Part shown: piece after piece, positions 32,064 through 43,907 of the stretch | Numbering within the stretch: the first letter of the stretch is position 1 | Layout: each line of letters begins with the position of its first letter | Assembly (NCBI GenBank): GCA_033763905.1 | Contig: JANRJP010000067.1 | Location: 1 to 50,200 of the forward strand | Source: Gemmatimonadaceae bacterium | GTDB lineage: Bacteria; Gemmatimonadota; Gemmatimonadetes; Gemmatimonadales; Gemmatimonadaceae | DNA length: 50,200 nt | Direction: 5' to 3' | Notes under the pieces: generated by a model | What the model was told of the DNA's origin: nothing | Databases searched by the model: none | The model's input: only the letters and a program-made list of their open reading frames with translations | Position numbers and translations under genes: made by a program

Positions 32064-33758
32064 CTAGCGTTCCACCGCCTCGAGGCGTGACAACGCGATC
32101 CGGATCGGCAACACCGTGGCGACCAGACACAGCAGCGCGGCGGCGGCGAAGCCGATGACAAGCTCGGACGTGGCCGCCGTGCCGCCGAACGCCTTCGCCT
32201 GCAGCCACAGATAGACGGGCCGCGCTTCGAGAATGACGACGCCACCAATCACCGCGACGGCGGTCATCATATAGAGCAAGCCGCCGAACGACGTCGGGAT
32301 CTGCGCGGCGTTTTCGGTTTCGAACTGCGGAAAGAGCGTGCCGAAACCGATCGCGAGCCCAGCCAAGGCGAAGGTCATCATCGTGATCGTGCCCACCGAC
32401 ACGGCGAACATGAATGGGGTGACCTTGAGCAACCAATCGGTCACGCCAACGATGCCCACCGCCAGCAGCAGCAGCGGTGCCGTGCCCACCCAGAACTTGG
32501 CCCACAGCAAGGCGCGCATCTCCATCGGGCTGGAGCGCAGCAGCCACAGCGTACGGCCTTCGAGCGACACGCCGGGAAACAGGAAGCGCGCCGCGATCGA
32601 TGCGAGCACGAAGCCGGCCAGCACCAGGTTCAGGAAGGGCACGATGTTCCGCAGGAAGAACGTCACGCCCTCACCGGTCAGCGGGAGGAACTTGATGTTG
32701 AACACGTACACGACGACCAGCACGCCGAGCAGAATCAGCTGCGACCACTGCGTCGAGTCGCGGAAGAACAAGCGCAGTTCCTTGAGCAGCAACTCGCGCC
32801 GCAGGACGCCGAAGGGCGCCAGCAGCGTGCGGCCCAGACCGGCGAAGGCGCCGGCCTTCGCCCACTTCTGCGCGCCCTCCTGGGCCTTGGTGAATCCCGT
32901 GAAGTAGAGTCGCCGATGCAGCATCGCACCGAGCACCACGGCCGCCGCCCCGGTCGTCCAGAGCAGGTACACCGGCAGATAGTCCAGCGTACCGGCCAAG
33001 AAGCCCATCACGCTCTTCGACAGCCACTCGCTCGGGAGAAACGGCGACGTCGGCGTGCGGAGCACGGCGACGAAGTCGAGCAGCGAACGGAACCCTTCCG
33101 GTCGCGCGAGCTTCTCGGGGCGCAGCAGCCGGAAGAGCACCACCACGCCGCCAGCGGCCAGCACCGCGATGACGCTCAGAATGTCGCGCGTGCGCCGCGC
33201 GGGAAAAATGTTCACCAGCAGCAGCGTAGCCCCGCTCCCGATCACGGCGGGAATCATCAGAAACGGGATGAACAGCAGCACGGCGAGCACCGCGAACAGC
33301 ACGCCGCCTTCATACGCGAGGCCGTAGGCCGCGAACATCGGGACGGCCATCAGCACCACCATCCAACTCGAGGCGACCACGGTCTCGAGCAGTTTGGCGC
33401 CGTACAACTTGAGCCAGTCGAGCGGTGCGGCCACGAGCATATCGAGATCCTTCGCGAGGAAGAATCCTGAAAGTGCCGTGATGACGTTCGACAGCAGCAG
33501 AATCGATACGAACGACAACAGCACCAGGCCCAGCAGCTTGCCGGCCAGGAGCGGGCCGATTTCCTCGACGCCCCGGAAGTAGGTGAGCAGGCGGTACAGC
33601 ACGCCGAAGATGAACGCCCAGAACAGCGCGCCGAACGTCAGCAGCACGGCAATCCGCGCGCCCTTGCCGCGTTCCTTCGATGCGGCGCGGGCGCGCGCGG
33701 TCAGGATCTTGGGCCCGACCAGGTGCAGGAGCGTCGGATCGGGGAGCACTTCAGACAT
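32064..33758 (-). CDS. Putative ABC transporter permease (large, about 12-14 TM)
   Basis: Highly hydrophobic, with SLEGRTLWLLRSSP and KELRLFFRD motifs. Overlaps the ABC ATPase gene. Confidence 0.85.
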   Translation of the reverse strand: MSEVLPDPTLLHLVGPKILTARARAASKERGKGARIAVLLTFGALFWAFIFGVLYRLLTYFRGVEEIGPLLAGKLLGLVLLSFVSILLLSNVITALSGFFLAKDLDMLVAAPLDWLKLYGAKLLETVVASSWMVVLMAVPMFAAYGLAYEGGVLFAVLAVLLFIPFLMIPAVIGSGATLLLVNIFPARRTRDILSVIAVLAAGGVVVLFRLLRPEKLARPEGFRSLLDFVAVLRTPTSPFLPSEWLSKSVMGFLAGTLDYLPVYLLWTTGAAAVVLGAMLHRRLYFTGFTKAQEGAQKWAKAGAFAGLGRTLLAPFGVLRRELLLKELRLFFRDSTQWSQLILLGVLVVVYVFNIKFLPLTGEGVTFFLRNIVPFLNLVLAGFVLASIAARFLFPGVSLEGRTLWLLRSSPMEMRALLWAKFWVGTAPLLLLAVGIVGVTDWLLKVTPFMFAVSVGTITMMTFALAGLAIGFGTLFPQFETENAAQIPTSFGGLLYMMTAVAVIGGVVILEARPVYLWLQAKAFGGTAATSELVIGFAAAALLCLVATVLPIRIALSRLEAVER

Positions 33759-34506
33759 CGAGCACGTCCACGAGTTCGCGGGCCGCGTTCTCGCCAGTCA
33801 TCTTGAGGAAGATCTGTTCCAGCGAGCCGCCCTCGGCCGCGCCGGCGCGCAGGTCGCTCATCGTGCCGCAGGCGGCAATGACCCCGCCGGCGATGATGCC
33901 GATGCGGTCGCACATCGTCTCCGCGACCTCGAGCGTGTGCGTTGACATCATGATCGTGTGTCCGCGGTTGACGTACTCGCGGAAGAGCTCACGCAGGATC
34001 TTCATCGACTTCGGGTCGAGCCCGACGTGCGGTTCATCGACCACGATCACTTCGGGGCGATGAATGAACGCACTCGCGATGATCAGCTTCTGGCGCATGC
34101 CGTGGCTGTAGCTCTCGACGAGCTCGTCCCGCCACTCTTCGAGGTCGAAGAGCGCCATCAACTCGCGGCCGCGATGCTCGATCTGCGTGCCATCCTGTCC
34201 GTAGAGGCCGGCGACGAACCGCAGGAATTCCGAGCCGGTGAGCTTCTCGTAAATGAAGGGGCGGTCGGGGATGAAGCCCAGCTTGGCCTTCGCTTTGCGC
34301 GGGTCGGCGTGGAGGTCCACCCCGCCGATGTGCACGCTGCCGCTGGTCGGCTGCAGGATGCCCGCGATCAGGCGGAGCGTCGTCGTCTTGCCCGCCCCAT
34401 TAGGCCCGAGAAAGCCGAACAGCTCGCCCGGCGGCACCGTGAGGTCGATCGCGTTGACGGCGGTGAAGTCGCCGTACCGCTTGGTGAGTTTCGTCAGCTT
34501 GATCAT
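33751..34506 (-). CDS. ABC transporter ATP-binding protein
   Basis: GPNGAGKTT, signature YSHGMRQK, IVVDEP and STH. Confidence 0.93.
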   Translation of the reverse strand: MIKLTKLTKRYGDFTAVNAIDLTVPPGELFGFLGPNGAGKTTTLRLIAGILQPTSGSVHIGGVDLHADPRKAKAKLGFIPDRPFIYEKLTGSEFLRFVAGLYGQDGTQIEHRGRELMALFDLEEWRDELVESYSHGMRQKLIIASAFIHRPEVIVVDEPHVGLDPKSMKILRELFREYVNRGHTIMMSTHTLEVAETMCDRIGIIAGGVIAACGTMSDLRAGAAEGGSLEQIFLKMTGENAARELVDVLDV

Positions 34507-36077
34507 CGCGAACCCATGGTGGCCGGAACGGCGTCGAGCACGTCCATTCCGATGGTGCCGATCAACTGCACGAGCAGCGCCTGCCGCGCGAGCCCGCCAA
34601 TCGTGAAGCGCAAGTGTGCCGCATCGGCCGGGAACTGGCCGAACGTCGGGTCGACCGCGACCCAACGTCCGAGCCAGACTTCCGGCCACGCGTGATAGAA
34701 GAAGCGGCCATTGACGTACGCGAGCCCCGCCGCGGCCCGCGCAGGAATGCCCGCCGTGCGGGCCATCGCGAGATACAGTTGCGTGTGTTCGTTGCAATCG
34801 CCCTTGCGCGACTTGAGGACCTGCAGCGCATCGGGGACCCCGATCACGTACTCCTTCTTGACGTTCTCGTACACCCAGCGGTTGAGCTTCTCGGCCGCCA
34901 CCCGCGGGTCCTTCTCGCCGCCGACGATGCGACGCGTGGCTTCGTCGATCAGCGCGTTGTCGACCTGCAGGAGCGGCTCGGCCGCCAGATCGCGGCGGAA
35001 GCGCTGCTTGAGTGCCCCGCCGTCGGGCTGACGCTCGTAGCCGGCGATCATCGAATCCGCCGGCTCACGCGCAATGAGCAGGGTGTCACCGCGCAGGAGC
35101 TGCCGTCCGCCGTCCAGATCGAAGTCCTCGAGCGCGACGTTGCGCAGTCGGACGCGCAGGCGGTCGAGGGGCTTGTCCCAGGCGACGCCGGCCGCGACGG
35201 CCGTCGTCTCCAGCACGTCGCGCGTGTCATCCGCCGAGGGCGCGTCCCGCCGGATCAGTCGCCAGTTCTCGAATGCCACTTCATAGGCGGCACGCCGCAG
35301 CACGAGTCCACCCGGCTGCCGCGATTCCACCAGACGTCCGCGTTCATCGACCCACCCGCCGAGCCGATCGTTCGTCGGGTCATCGGCCGCGCCCAGCCGC
35401 CACGCACGCACCGTGTCGGTGTGCGCGACGACCCAGCGGCCCGCCGTGCTGTCGAACTTTGCCGAGTCGCTCACCGTGAACAGCGACTCGGCCTTGATCT
35501 CCATACTGACGTTGCGCGTCGCCATCGTGTTCGGGTCGAACACGGGCACCGACGCCTTGCGCCCCACTTTCGGCTCGGCGCCGAGCGTCACCGCCAAGGG
35601 CACCAGCGTGGGCAGCAGAATCGGACCGCGGACGGCCATCCGTTGCGGCGTGGGATCATTGCTCGGGCCGGTCACCGTGAATTCCACCGCCGAGTCGCCG
35701 TCGGCGCGGCCCACGATGCGCAGTGGCGCGCTGTCGGCCGACACGGTGACATCGAAGTCGCTGAGCGCGAACCCGCGCGTCAGCCGGACGCGCGAGGCCG
35801 CGATGATGCGATGGGTCGTCCCGCCGACGTTCATATCGGCAGCCATCTCGTCGCGCACCAGAAAGGCGCGACGCGTCGTGTCGATCGACGAGCTGGCGTA
35901 GCCGACGACTTGTCCGCCCTGCTCCACCAAGTAGTAGAAGGTCTCGGGCTGGACACGTAGCGCCAGTTCGGCGAAGGTCTCGGTCTGCCCCTTGAAGAGC
36001 TCCCGCTGGGCCAGTGCACCGATGCCACCGCCCCAGAGCAGCAGGATCACTGCCGCCGCTATGCCTCGTCGACTCAT
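34503..36077 (-). CDS. Exported transglutaminase-like domain protein
   Basis: N-terminal signal/TM. Catalytic triad motifs GDCNEHT, YHAWPEV and VDPTFGQ. Confidence 0.88.
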   Translation of the reverse strand: MSRRGIAAAVILLLWGGGIGALAQRELFKGQTETFAELALRVQPETFYYLVEQGGQVVGYASSSIDTTRRAFLVRDEMAADMNVGGTTHRIIAASRVRLTRGFALSDFDVTVSADSAPLRIVGRADGDSAVEFTVTGPSNDPTPQRMAVRGPILLPTLVPLAVTLGAEPKVGRKASVPVFDPNTMATRNVSMEIKAESLFTVSDSAKFDSTAGRWVVAHTDTVRAWRLGAADDPTNDRLGGWVDERGRLVESRQPGGLVLRRAAYEVAFENWRLIRRDAPSADDTRDVLETTAVAAGVAWDKPLDRLRVRLRNVALEDFDLDGGRQLLRGDTLLIAREPADSMIAGYERQPDGGALKQRFRRDLAAEPLLQVDNALIDEATRRIVGGEKDPRVAAEKLNRWVYENVKKEYVIGVPDALQVLKSRKGDCNEHTQLYLAMARTAGIPARAAAGLAYVNGRFFYHAWPEVWLGRWVAVDPTFGQFPADAAHLRFTIGGLARQALLVQLIGTIGMDVLDAVPATMGSR

Positions 36078-36082
36078 TCGGG

Positions 36083-36418
36083 TCAGACCGCCGCGCTGGT
36101 GGTCTCGCGGACCAGCCACTCGAGATAGGGCGCATTCCCCGCGCGGACGGGCAGCGCCAGCAACTCCGGCACCTTGTACGGGTGCAGCTCGTCGAAGGCC
36201 GCCTGCAGTTCCTCCAAACGGGTCGACTGCGACTTGAGCAGGACCAGCACCTCCTGCTCGTCGGCCAGGCGGTCGTCCCAGCGATACAGGGACCGGACGC
36301 CCGGGAGCAGCGTGCCGCAGGCAATGAGCCGGCGGTCGAGCAACGCCCGAATCAGGGTCACCGCTTCGTCGGCGGTCGACAAGGTGGTCATCACGACGAG
36401 GGCGTCGGCGGTCGGCAT
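36083..36418 (-). CDS. cutA: Divalent-cation tolerance protein CutA
   Basis: RRLIAC, SLYRW, EVLVLLKS, LHPYKVPE and YLEWL. Confidence 0.93.
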   Translation of the reverse strand: MPTADALVVMTTLSTADEAVTLIRALLDRRLIACGTLLPGVRSLYRWDDRLADEQEVLVLLKSQSTRLEELQAAFDELHPYKVPELLALPVRAGNAPYLEWLVRETTSAAV

Positions 36419-36592
36419 CAGGTCGGCGCGGAGGGGGGAGGGAACCGCACGGGCGCAGGCAACTTTTCAACCTATCGCGCCGCGCGTCGCATCGGCACTC
36501 TGCGAATGGCGGGGTACCGCCCGTGTGACGATTCGCACATTCCGGACCCCGCGACTTGAAGGCGGGCCTCGGCCCCCGCACCTTAGAAGGCT

Positions 36593-39403
<2,811 letters not shown>

Positions 39404-39412
39404 CTTCTCCAG

Positions 39413-40087
39413 ATGGTCTCTCTTCTCGACATCATCGGCCCCGTGATGGTGGGACCCTCGTCGTCGCACACGGCGGGGGCCTGTCGACTGGGGCTGTTGG
39501 CCCGCTGTCTCGTCGGCGGGACGCCCGACAAGGCCCACATCGAGCTGCACGGCTCCTTCGCCCGCACGGGGGAAGGCCACGGCACCGACAAGGCAATCGT
39601 TGGCGGTCTGATGGGCTTCCGTCCCGACGACGAGCGGATCCGTGACGCGGTTGGCATCGCCGAGCGGGAGGGGCTCGACTACCGGTTCGAGAAGACCACG
39701 CTCGGCGAAGAGCCTGCGGTGCATCCCAACACCGTGCGCATCACCGTCACGCGCGGCGATCGCGAAAGCGTGATGGTCGGGGCCTCGCTCGGCGCGGGCC
39801 GAGTGCTGGTGACCGACATCGACGGCTATCCGGTGGAGATCACCGGGAGCAGCCACACCATCGTGCTGGTGGCCGAAGACGTGAAGGGCTCCATCGCGCG
39901 CATCGCCGGGATGCTGGCCGACAACGACATCAACATTGCCACGCTGCGACTCACGCGGAAGGAACGCGGCGGAGACGCGTTCATGGTGATCGAAGTCGAT
40001 GAGCAGCCGGGCCTCTACGTGCGAGACGCGATTCGCGATCTCTCGTGGGTGAAGTGGGCGTTCCGTCTCGACAAGGTGAGTGCCTGA
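39413..40087 (+). CDS. sdaAB: L-serine ammonia-lyase (Fe-S dependent), beta subunit with ACT domain
   Basis: DIIGPVMVGPSSSHTAGA, GHGTDKA and HPNT. Confidence 0.93.
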   Translation: MVSLLDIIGPVMVGPSSSHTAGACRLGLLARCLVGGTPDKAHIELHGSFARTGEGHGTDKAIVGGLMGFRPDDERIRDAVGIAEREGLDYRFEKTTLGEEPAVHPNTVRITVTRGDRESVMVGASLGAGRVLVTDIDGYPVEITGSSHTIVLVAEDVKGSIARIAGMLADNDINIATLRLTRKERGGDAFMVIEVDEQPGLYVRDAIRDLSWVKWAFRLDKVSA

Positions 40088-40965
40088 TGTTCACCAGTCT
40101 GCTCGATGCCGTGCGCGCTGCCGAGGCGCAGGAGACGACCCTGGCGGCGGTGGCCCTCGCCGCCGAGGCCAAGGATCAAGGTCGCCCGGTGGACGAGATC
40201 CGCGACGCGCTTCGCCGCGCATTGCACGTGATGCGCGACGCGATCGCGCAGGGGATGACCGGCGAGCACCGCTCCAATTCCGGCCTGGTCGGTGGCGACG
40301 CCGCCAAGCTCAACACGCACGCGGCGGGTCCGCTCGCGGGTACGCCATTTCGTGACGTGCTGGCCCGCGCGCTCGCGGTGCAGGAGATCAACGCCGCGAT
40401 GGGCGTGATCGTCGCGGCGCCCACCGCGGGCGGTGCCGGCGTGCTGCCGGGCGTGCTCACCGGACTTGCCGACGCGCGCGGCATTGCGGAAGACCGCGTC
40501 GTCGATGCCTTGGCCACCGCGGGATTGATCGGCGCGGTGATTGCCGAGCGCGCGTCGCTGAGCGGTGCCGAGGGTGGATGCCAGGCCGAGACGGGCGCGG
40601 CGGCGGCGATGGCCGCCGGTGCCGCGGTGCAGATGCTGGGCGGGACGCCCCGGCAGGCGTATCACGCCACCGCCCTCGCCCAACAGGGCACCTTGGGGCT
40701 GGTCTGTGATCCGCTGGGTGGGCTCGTCGAGCTGCCGTGCGTGTTCCGCAACGCCACCGGCGCCGCGATTGCCCTTGCCGCCATCGAAATGGCGATGGCG
40801 GGCATCGAGTTCGCGATCCCCGCCGACGAGGTCACCGACGTGATGGGGGAGATCGGTCGCGAAATGGATGTCCGGTACCGCGAGACGGCCGGTGGTGGGC
40901 TTGCCGCGACCCCGACGGGCCGCCGGCTGGCCAAGGAACGGCTGGTCCAGATCAAGCGAAGCTGA
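40087..40965 (+). CDS. sdaAA: L-serine ammonia-lyase (Fe-S dependent), alpha subunit
   Basis: AAPTAGGAG, SGAEGGCQAETG, GLVCDPLGGLVELPCVFRN and YRETAGGGLA. Confidence 0.94.
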   Translation: MFTSLLDAVRAAEAQETTLAAVALAAEAKDQGRPVDEIRDALRRALHVMRDAIAQGMTGEHRSNSGLVGGDAAKLNTHAAGPLAGTPFRDVLARALAVQEINAAMGVIVAAPTAGGAGVLPGVLTGLADARGIAEDRVVDALATAGLIGAVIAERASLSGAEGGCQAETGAAAAMAAGAAVQMLGGTPRQAYHATALAQQGTLGLVCDPLGGLVELPCVFRNATGAAIALAAIEMAMAGIEFAIPADEVTDVMGEIGREMDVRYRETAGGGLAATPTGRRLAKERLVQIKRS

Positions 40966-41083
40966 ACGGACGACTACCCGCCAACGGGTGCACGCGACAT
41001 AATCCGACCGGGTCGGCGTGTGTCGTTGAAACACGCCCGGCAGACTGTCCGTAGGCCACCCAAGTCTCTCACCGAGTATCGAA

Positions 41084-41488
41084 ATGCTGTCTCGTGAAGA
41101 ACTGGTAGGCTTTCTCGATCGCCTGGCGACCGACGGCGCGACGTACCGCGAGGTCGGCGACGGCCTCTGGGCCGTGCGGCCGGCGGGCGGGCTCGAGCTC
41201 GATGTGGTCGTCCATCATTCGCCGCCCGTCGTGCTGCTCCGGGTCAAGGTGATGGATCTTCCCGCCGATCCGGCCGACATCGCCTCGATGAGCCGCAAGC
41301 TCCTCGAGTGGAACGCCTCCGACCTCGTGCACGGCTCGTACGGCATCGCCGGGGGCACGGTCGTCATCACTGAAGCCCTCGAACTCGGCCACCTCGATTT
41401 CGAGGAGTTCCGCGCCGCGTACGAAGCCATCACCCTCGCACTCGTCGCTCACGTGCGGGAACTCGCCTCTTTCCGTGGAGCCCGCTGA
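41084..41488 (+). CDS. CesT/YbjN-like (type III secretion chaperone fold) protein
   Basis: Small acidic protein with VVLLRVKVMDLP and RKLLEWNASDLVHGSYGI. Directly upstream of pspA. Confidence 0.7.
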   Translation: MLSREELVGFLDRLATDGATYREVGDGLWAVRPAGGLELDVVVHHSPPVVLLRVKVMDLPADPADIASMSRKLLEWNASDLVHGSYGIAGGTVVITEALELGHLDFEEFRAAYEAITLALVAHVRELASFRGAR

Positions 41489-41491
41489 CCG

Positions 41492-42289
41492 ATGGGCATC
41501 TTCGACCGACTCGCGACGCTCCTCAAGTCGAACGTCAATGACCTCATCTCCTCGGCGGAAAACCCCGAGAAGATGCTGAACCAGATCATCGTCGATATGC
41601 GCGATCAGCTGGTGAAGGCCAAGCAGCAGGTGGCCTCAGCGATCGCCGACGAAAAGCGCCTCGAAGACCAGGCCCGCGCCGAGTTCAAGCAGGCGCAGGA
41701 TTGGGAGCAGCGCGCGATGCTCGCCGTCCAGCAGGGGCGCGATGACCTCGCGCGGCAGGCCCTCGTGCGCCAGAGCGAGCACGCCTCCCACGCGCAGGCC
41801 CTCGAAGCCACGTGGCAGCAGCACCGCCTCGAGACCGAAAAGCTCAAGGCCTCGTTGCGCGACCTCAACGACAAGATCGAAGAGGCGAAGCGCAAGAAGA
41901 ACCTGCTGCTCGCCCGTCAGCGCCGTGCCGACGCGCAGAAGCGGATCGCCGAGACGATGTCGGGGCTTTCCGAGAAGAGCGCCTTCGAGGCCTTTGCGCG
42001 AATGGAAGAGAAGATCGAGCAGAACGAGCGCCAGATCAAAGCCTCGGCCGAGATCGACGAGGATTTCTCGGGCGACCGCTTGCTCAAGGACTTCAAGTCG
42101 CTCGAACTCGGGGCGGGGGCCGCAGGCGCCGAGGCGCGTCTGATGGCGCTGAAGCAGTCGATGGGGATGCTTCCGGCGCCTGCGCCGGAGCCCAAGGCTC
42201 TCGGCGCGGGTGAGGTGTCAGCCCCGGTGTCCACGCCGGTGAAGACCGAAGAGCAACTCGTCGCGGAAATCGAGAAGCTCAAGCCGTAA
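41492..42289 (+). CDS. pspA: PspA/IM30 family protein
   Basis: MGIFDRLATLLKSNVNDLISSAENPEKMLNQII, DDLARQAL, AFARMEEKI and coiled coil. Confidence 0.93.
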   Translation: MGIFDRLATLLKSNVNDLISSAENPEKMLNQIIVDMRDQLVKAKQQVASAIADEKRLEDQARAEFKQAQDWEQRAMLAVQQGRDDLARQALVRQSEHASHAQALEATWQQHRLETEKLKASLRDLNDKIEEAKRKKNLLLARQRRADAQKRIAETMSGLSEKSAFEAFARMEEKIEQNERQIKASAEIDEDFSGDRLLKDFKSLELGAGAAGAEARLMALKQSMGMLPAPAPEPKALGAGEVSAPVSTPVKTEEQLVAEIEKLKP

Positions 42290-42319
42290 CCGGTGCGGCG
42301 GACCGCCGCCCCATCGGAA

Positions 42320-43246
42320 CTACGAGCGGCCGGGCGCGTCCACTGCGTTCGGCCGCTTGGCTTTGGCCGCGAGATGCACGAGGCCGGCAATGACACCGCC
42401 GATCGCGATCCCCGCAATGCCGTCGGCCACAGTACTTGCGATGCCGGGCAGCCACGCGCCGACGGCGGCCGCCCAGTCGTGGAGCAGTTCCAGCGGGTGA
42501 TGCAGGGCCGGAATCCCGTGCAGCACGATGCTGCCGCCGACGAGGAACATCGCCGTGGTGCCCGCGATCGACAGCCCCCGCATCAGGTACGGCGTGCCGC
42601 GCAGAATCCACACGCCCAGTCGGCGCTTGGTCGTGGCACTCCGATCGCCCTTGAGCCACCGCAGGCCGATGTCATCGAGCCGCACCAGGCCGGCGACAAG
42701 ACCATAGACGAGGGCGGTGACACCAATGCCAACGGCGCTGAGCGCCAGCACCTGGAAGAGAATGGGTTGGGTCGACATCGTGCCGAGTGCGATCACGACG
42801 ATTTCGGCCGAGAGGATGAAGTCCGTGCGAATCGCCCCGCGCACTCGCGCCTTCTCGAACGCGATCGGGTCCGCCGGCGACTGGTCGGCATCGGCGTCGG
42901 CGTCTTCCGACGGGAACACCGCGCTCCAGACCTTCTCGAAGCCCTCGAAGCACAGGAAGACGCCGCCGATCATCAGTAGCGGCTGCACCAGTGCAGGCAC
43001 GAACGCCGAGATCAGCAGCGCCGTCGGGACCAGAATGACCTTGTTGAGCAGTGCGCCCTTGGCCACCGCCCACACGACCGGCAACTCGCGGTCGGCGGAC
43101 ATCCCCGTGACCTGATCGGCGTTGAGCGCCAGATCGTCGCCGATCACCCCCGAGGTCTTCTTGGCCGCAACGCGGGTGAGCAGCGCGATGTCATCGAGGA
43201 TCGACGTGATGTCGTCGATGAGGGCGAGGAGTCCGGTGGCAGCCAT
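42320..43246 (-). CDS. DUF808 (YedI-like) inner membrane protein
   Basis: LLALIDDI, DDLALNA, RELPVVWAVAKG, GAIRTDFILSAEI and AMFLVGGSI. Confidence 0.9.
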   Translation of the reverse strand: MAATGLLALIDDITSILDDIALLTRVAAKKTSGVIGDDLALNADQVTGMSADRELPVVWAVAKGALLNKVILVPTALLISAFVPALVQPLLMIGGVFLCFEGFEKVWSAVFPSEDADADADQSPADPIAFEKARVRGAIRTDFILSAEIVVIALGTMSTQPILFQVLALSAVGIGVTALVYGLVAGLVRLDDIGLRWLKGDRSATTKRRLGVWILRGTPYLMRGLSIAGTTAMFLVGGSIVLHGIPALHHPLELLHDWAAAVGAWLPGIASTVADGIAGIAIGGVIAGLVHLAAKAKRPNAVDAPGRS

Positions 43247-43260
43247 TCGCGGGAATATCG

Positions 43261-43812
43261 TCAGGGAGTACGTCGACGGGTAAGCACGGCGCGCTGTCGG
43301 CCGGCGATCGCGTGGCTCGTGATCTCGGCGCCTTGCTCGGCGTTCGCGCCTTGTCCGCGGACCGTGGCCGTAGGCGTCGACTTCCACCACACGATGTCGT
43401 GGGTGAGGGTGTCCCCGCGCAGCGTGTAGCGGCTCTCGAGCACCTGCTCGCCGACGCGAAACACGCTGATGAGGGCGCCGTCCACCAGGGTCTCTTCGAG
43501 AATGACGCCGTTGCCTTCGTCCGTCGCGTACCGGCCGGCGACCGCATCGCGCACCAGCAGCCGGTAGTCGCGGAGCCCGCGCACCGTGTCGGCGTTGAAC
43601 ACCGTGCGCCAGATCCAGCGCCCGGGCAGCGTGTCCGGAGCGATCGTCAGGGTCAGCGGGATCCGGTTGCGTTCACGGTCCGGCGGGGCGACGGTGGTCA
43701 GGACGCCGGTCCACACACCCGCCCACGGCTCGGGAAACGGGCGTGGGGACTGCGCCGCAAGGGAGGCGGCCCCGAGCAGGCCGCCAATGGCAAGGCACGC
43801 GGCGAATCGCAT
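43261..43812 (-). CDS. Hypothetical exported beta-rich protein
   Basis: Signal peptide ending LAA-Q, then FPEPWAGVWTG and YATDEGNG. Confidence 0.7.
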   Translation of the reverse strand: MRFAACLAIGGLLGAASLAAQSPRPFPEPWAGVWTGVLTTVAPPDRERNRIPLTLTIAPDTLPGRWIWRTVFNADTVRGLRDYRLLVRDAVAGRYATDEGNGVILEETLVDGALISVFRVGEQVLESRYTLRGDTLTHDIVWWKSTPTATVRGQGANAEQGAEITSHAIAGRQRAVLTRRRTP

Positions 43813-43907
43813 ACCTGAGGTTAGCTTCAGGTCATCTCGGCCGCACGGAGCGGCCGACCCGTGTCCCGCCGAACCGGGGCGCGGCGCCAGCCTCGCGCGT
43901 GCCACGA

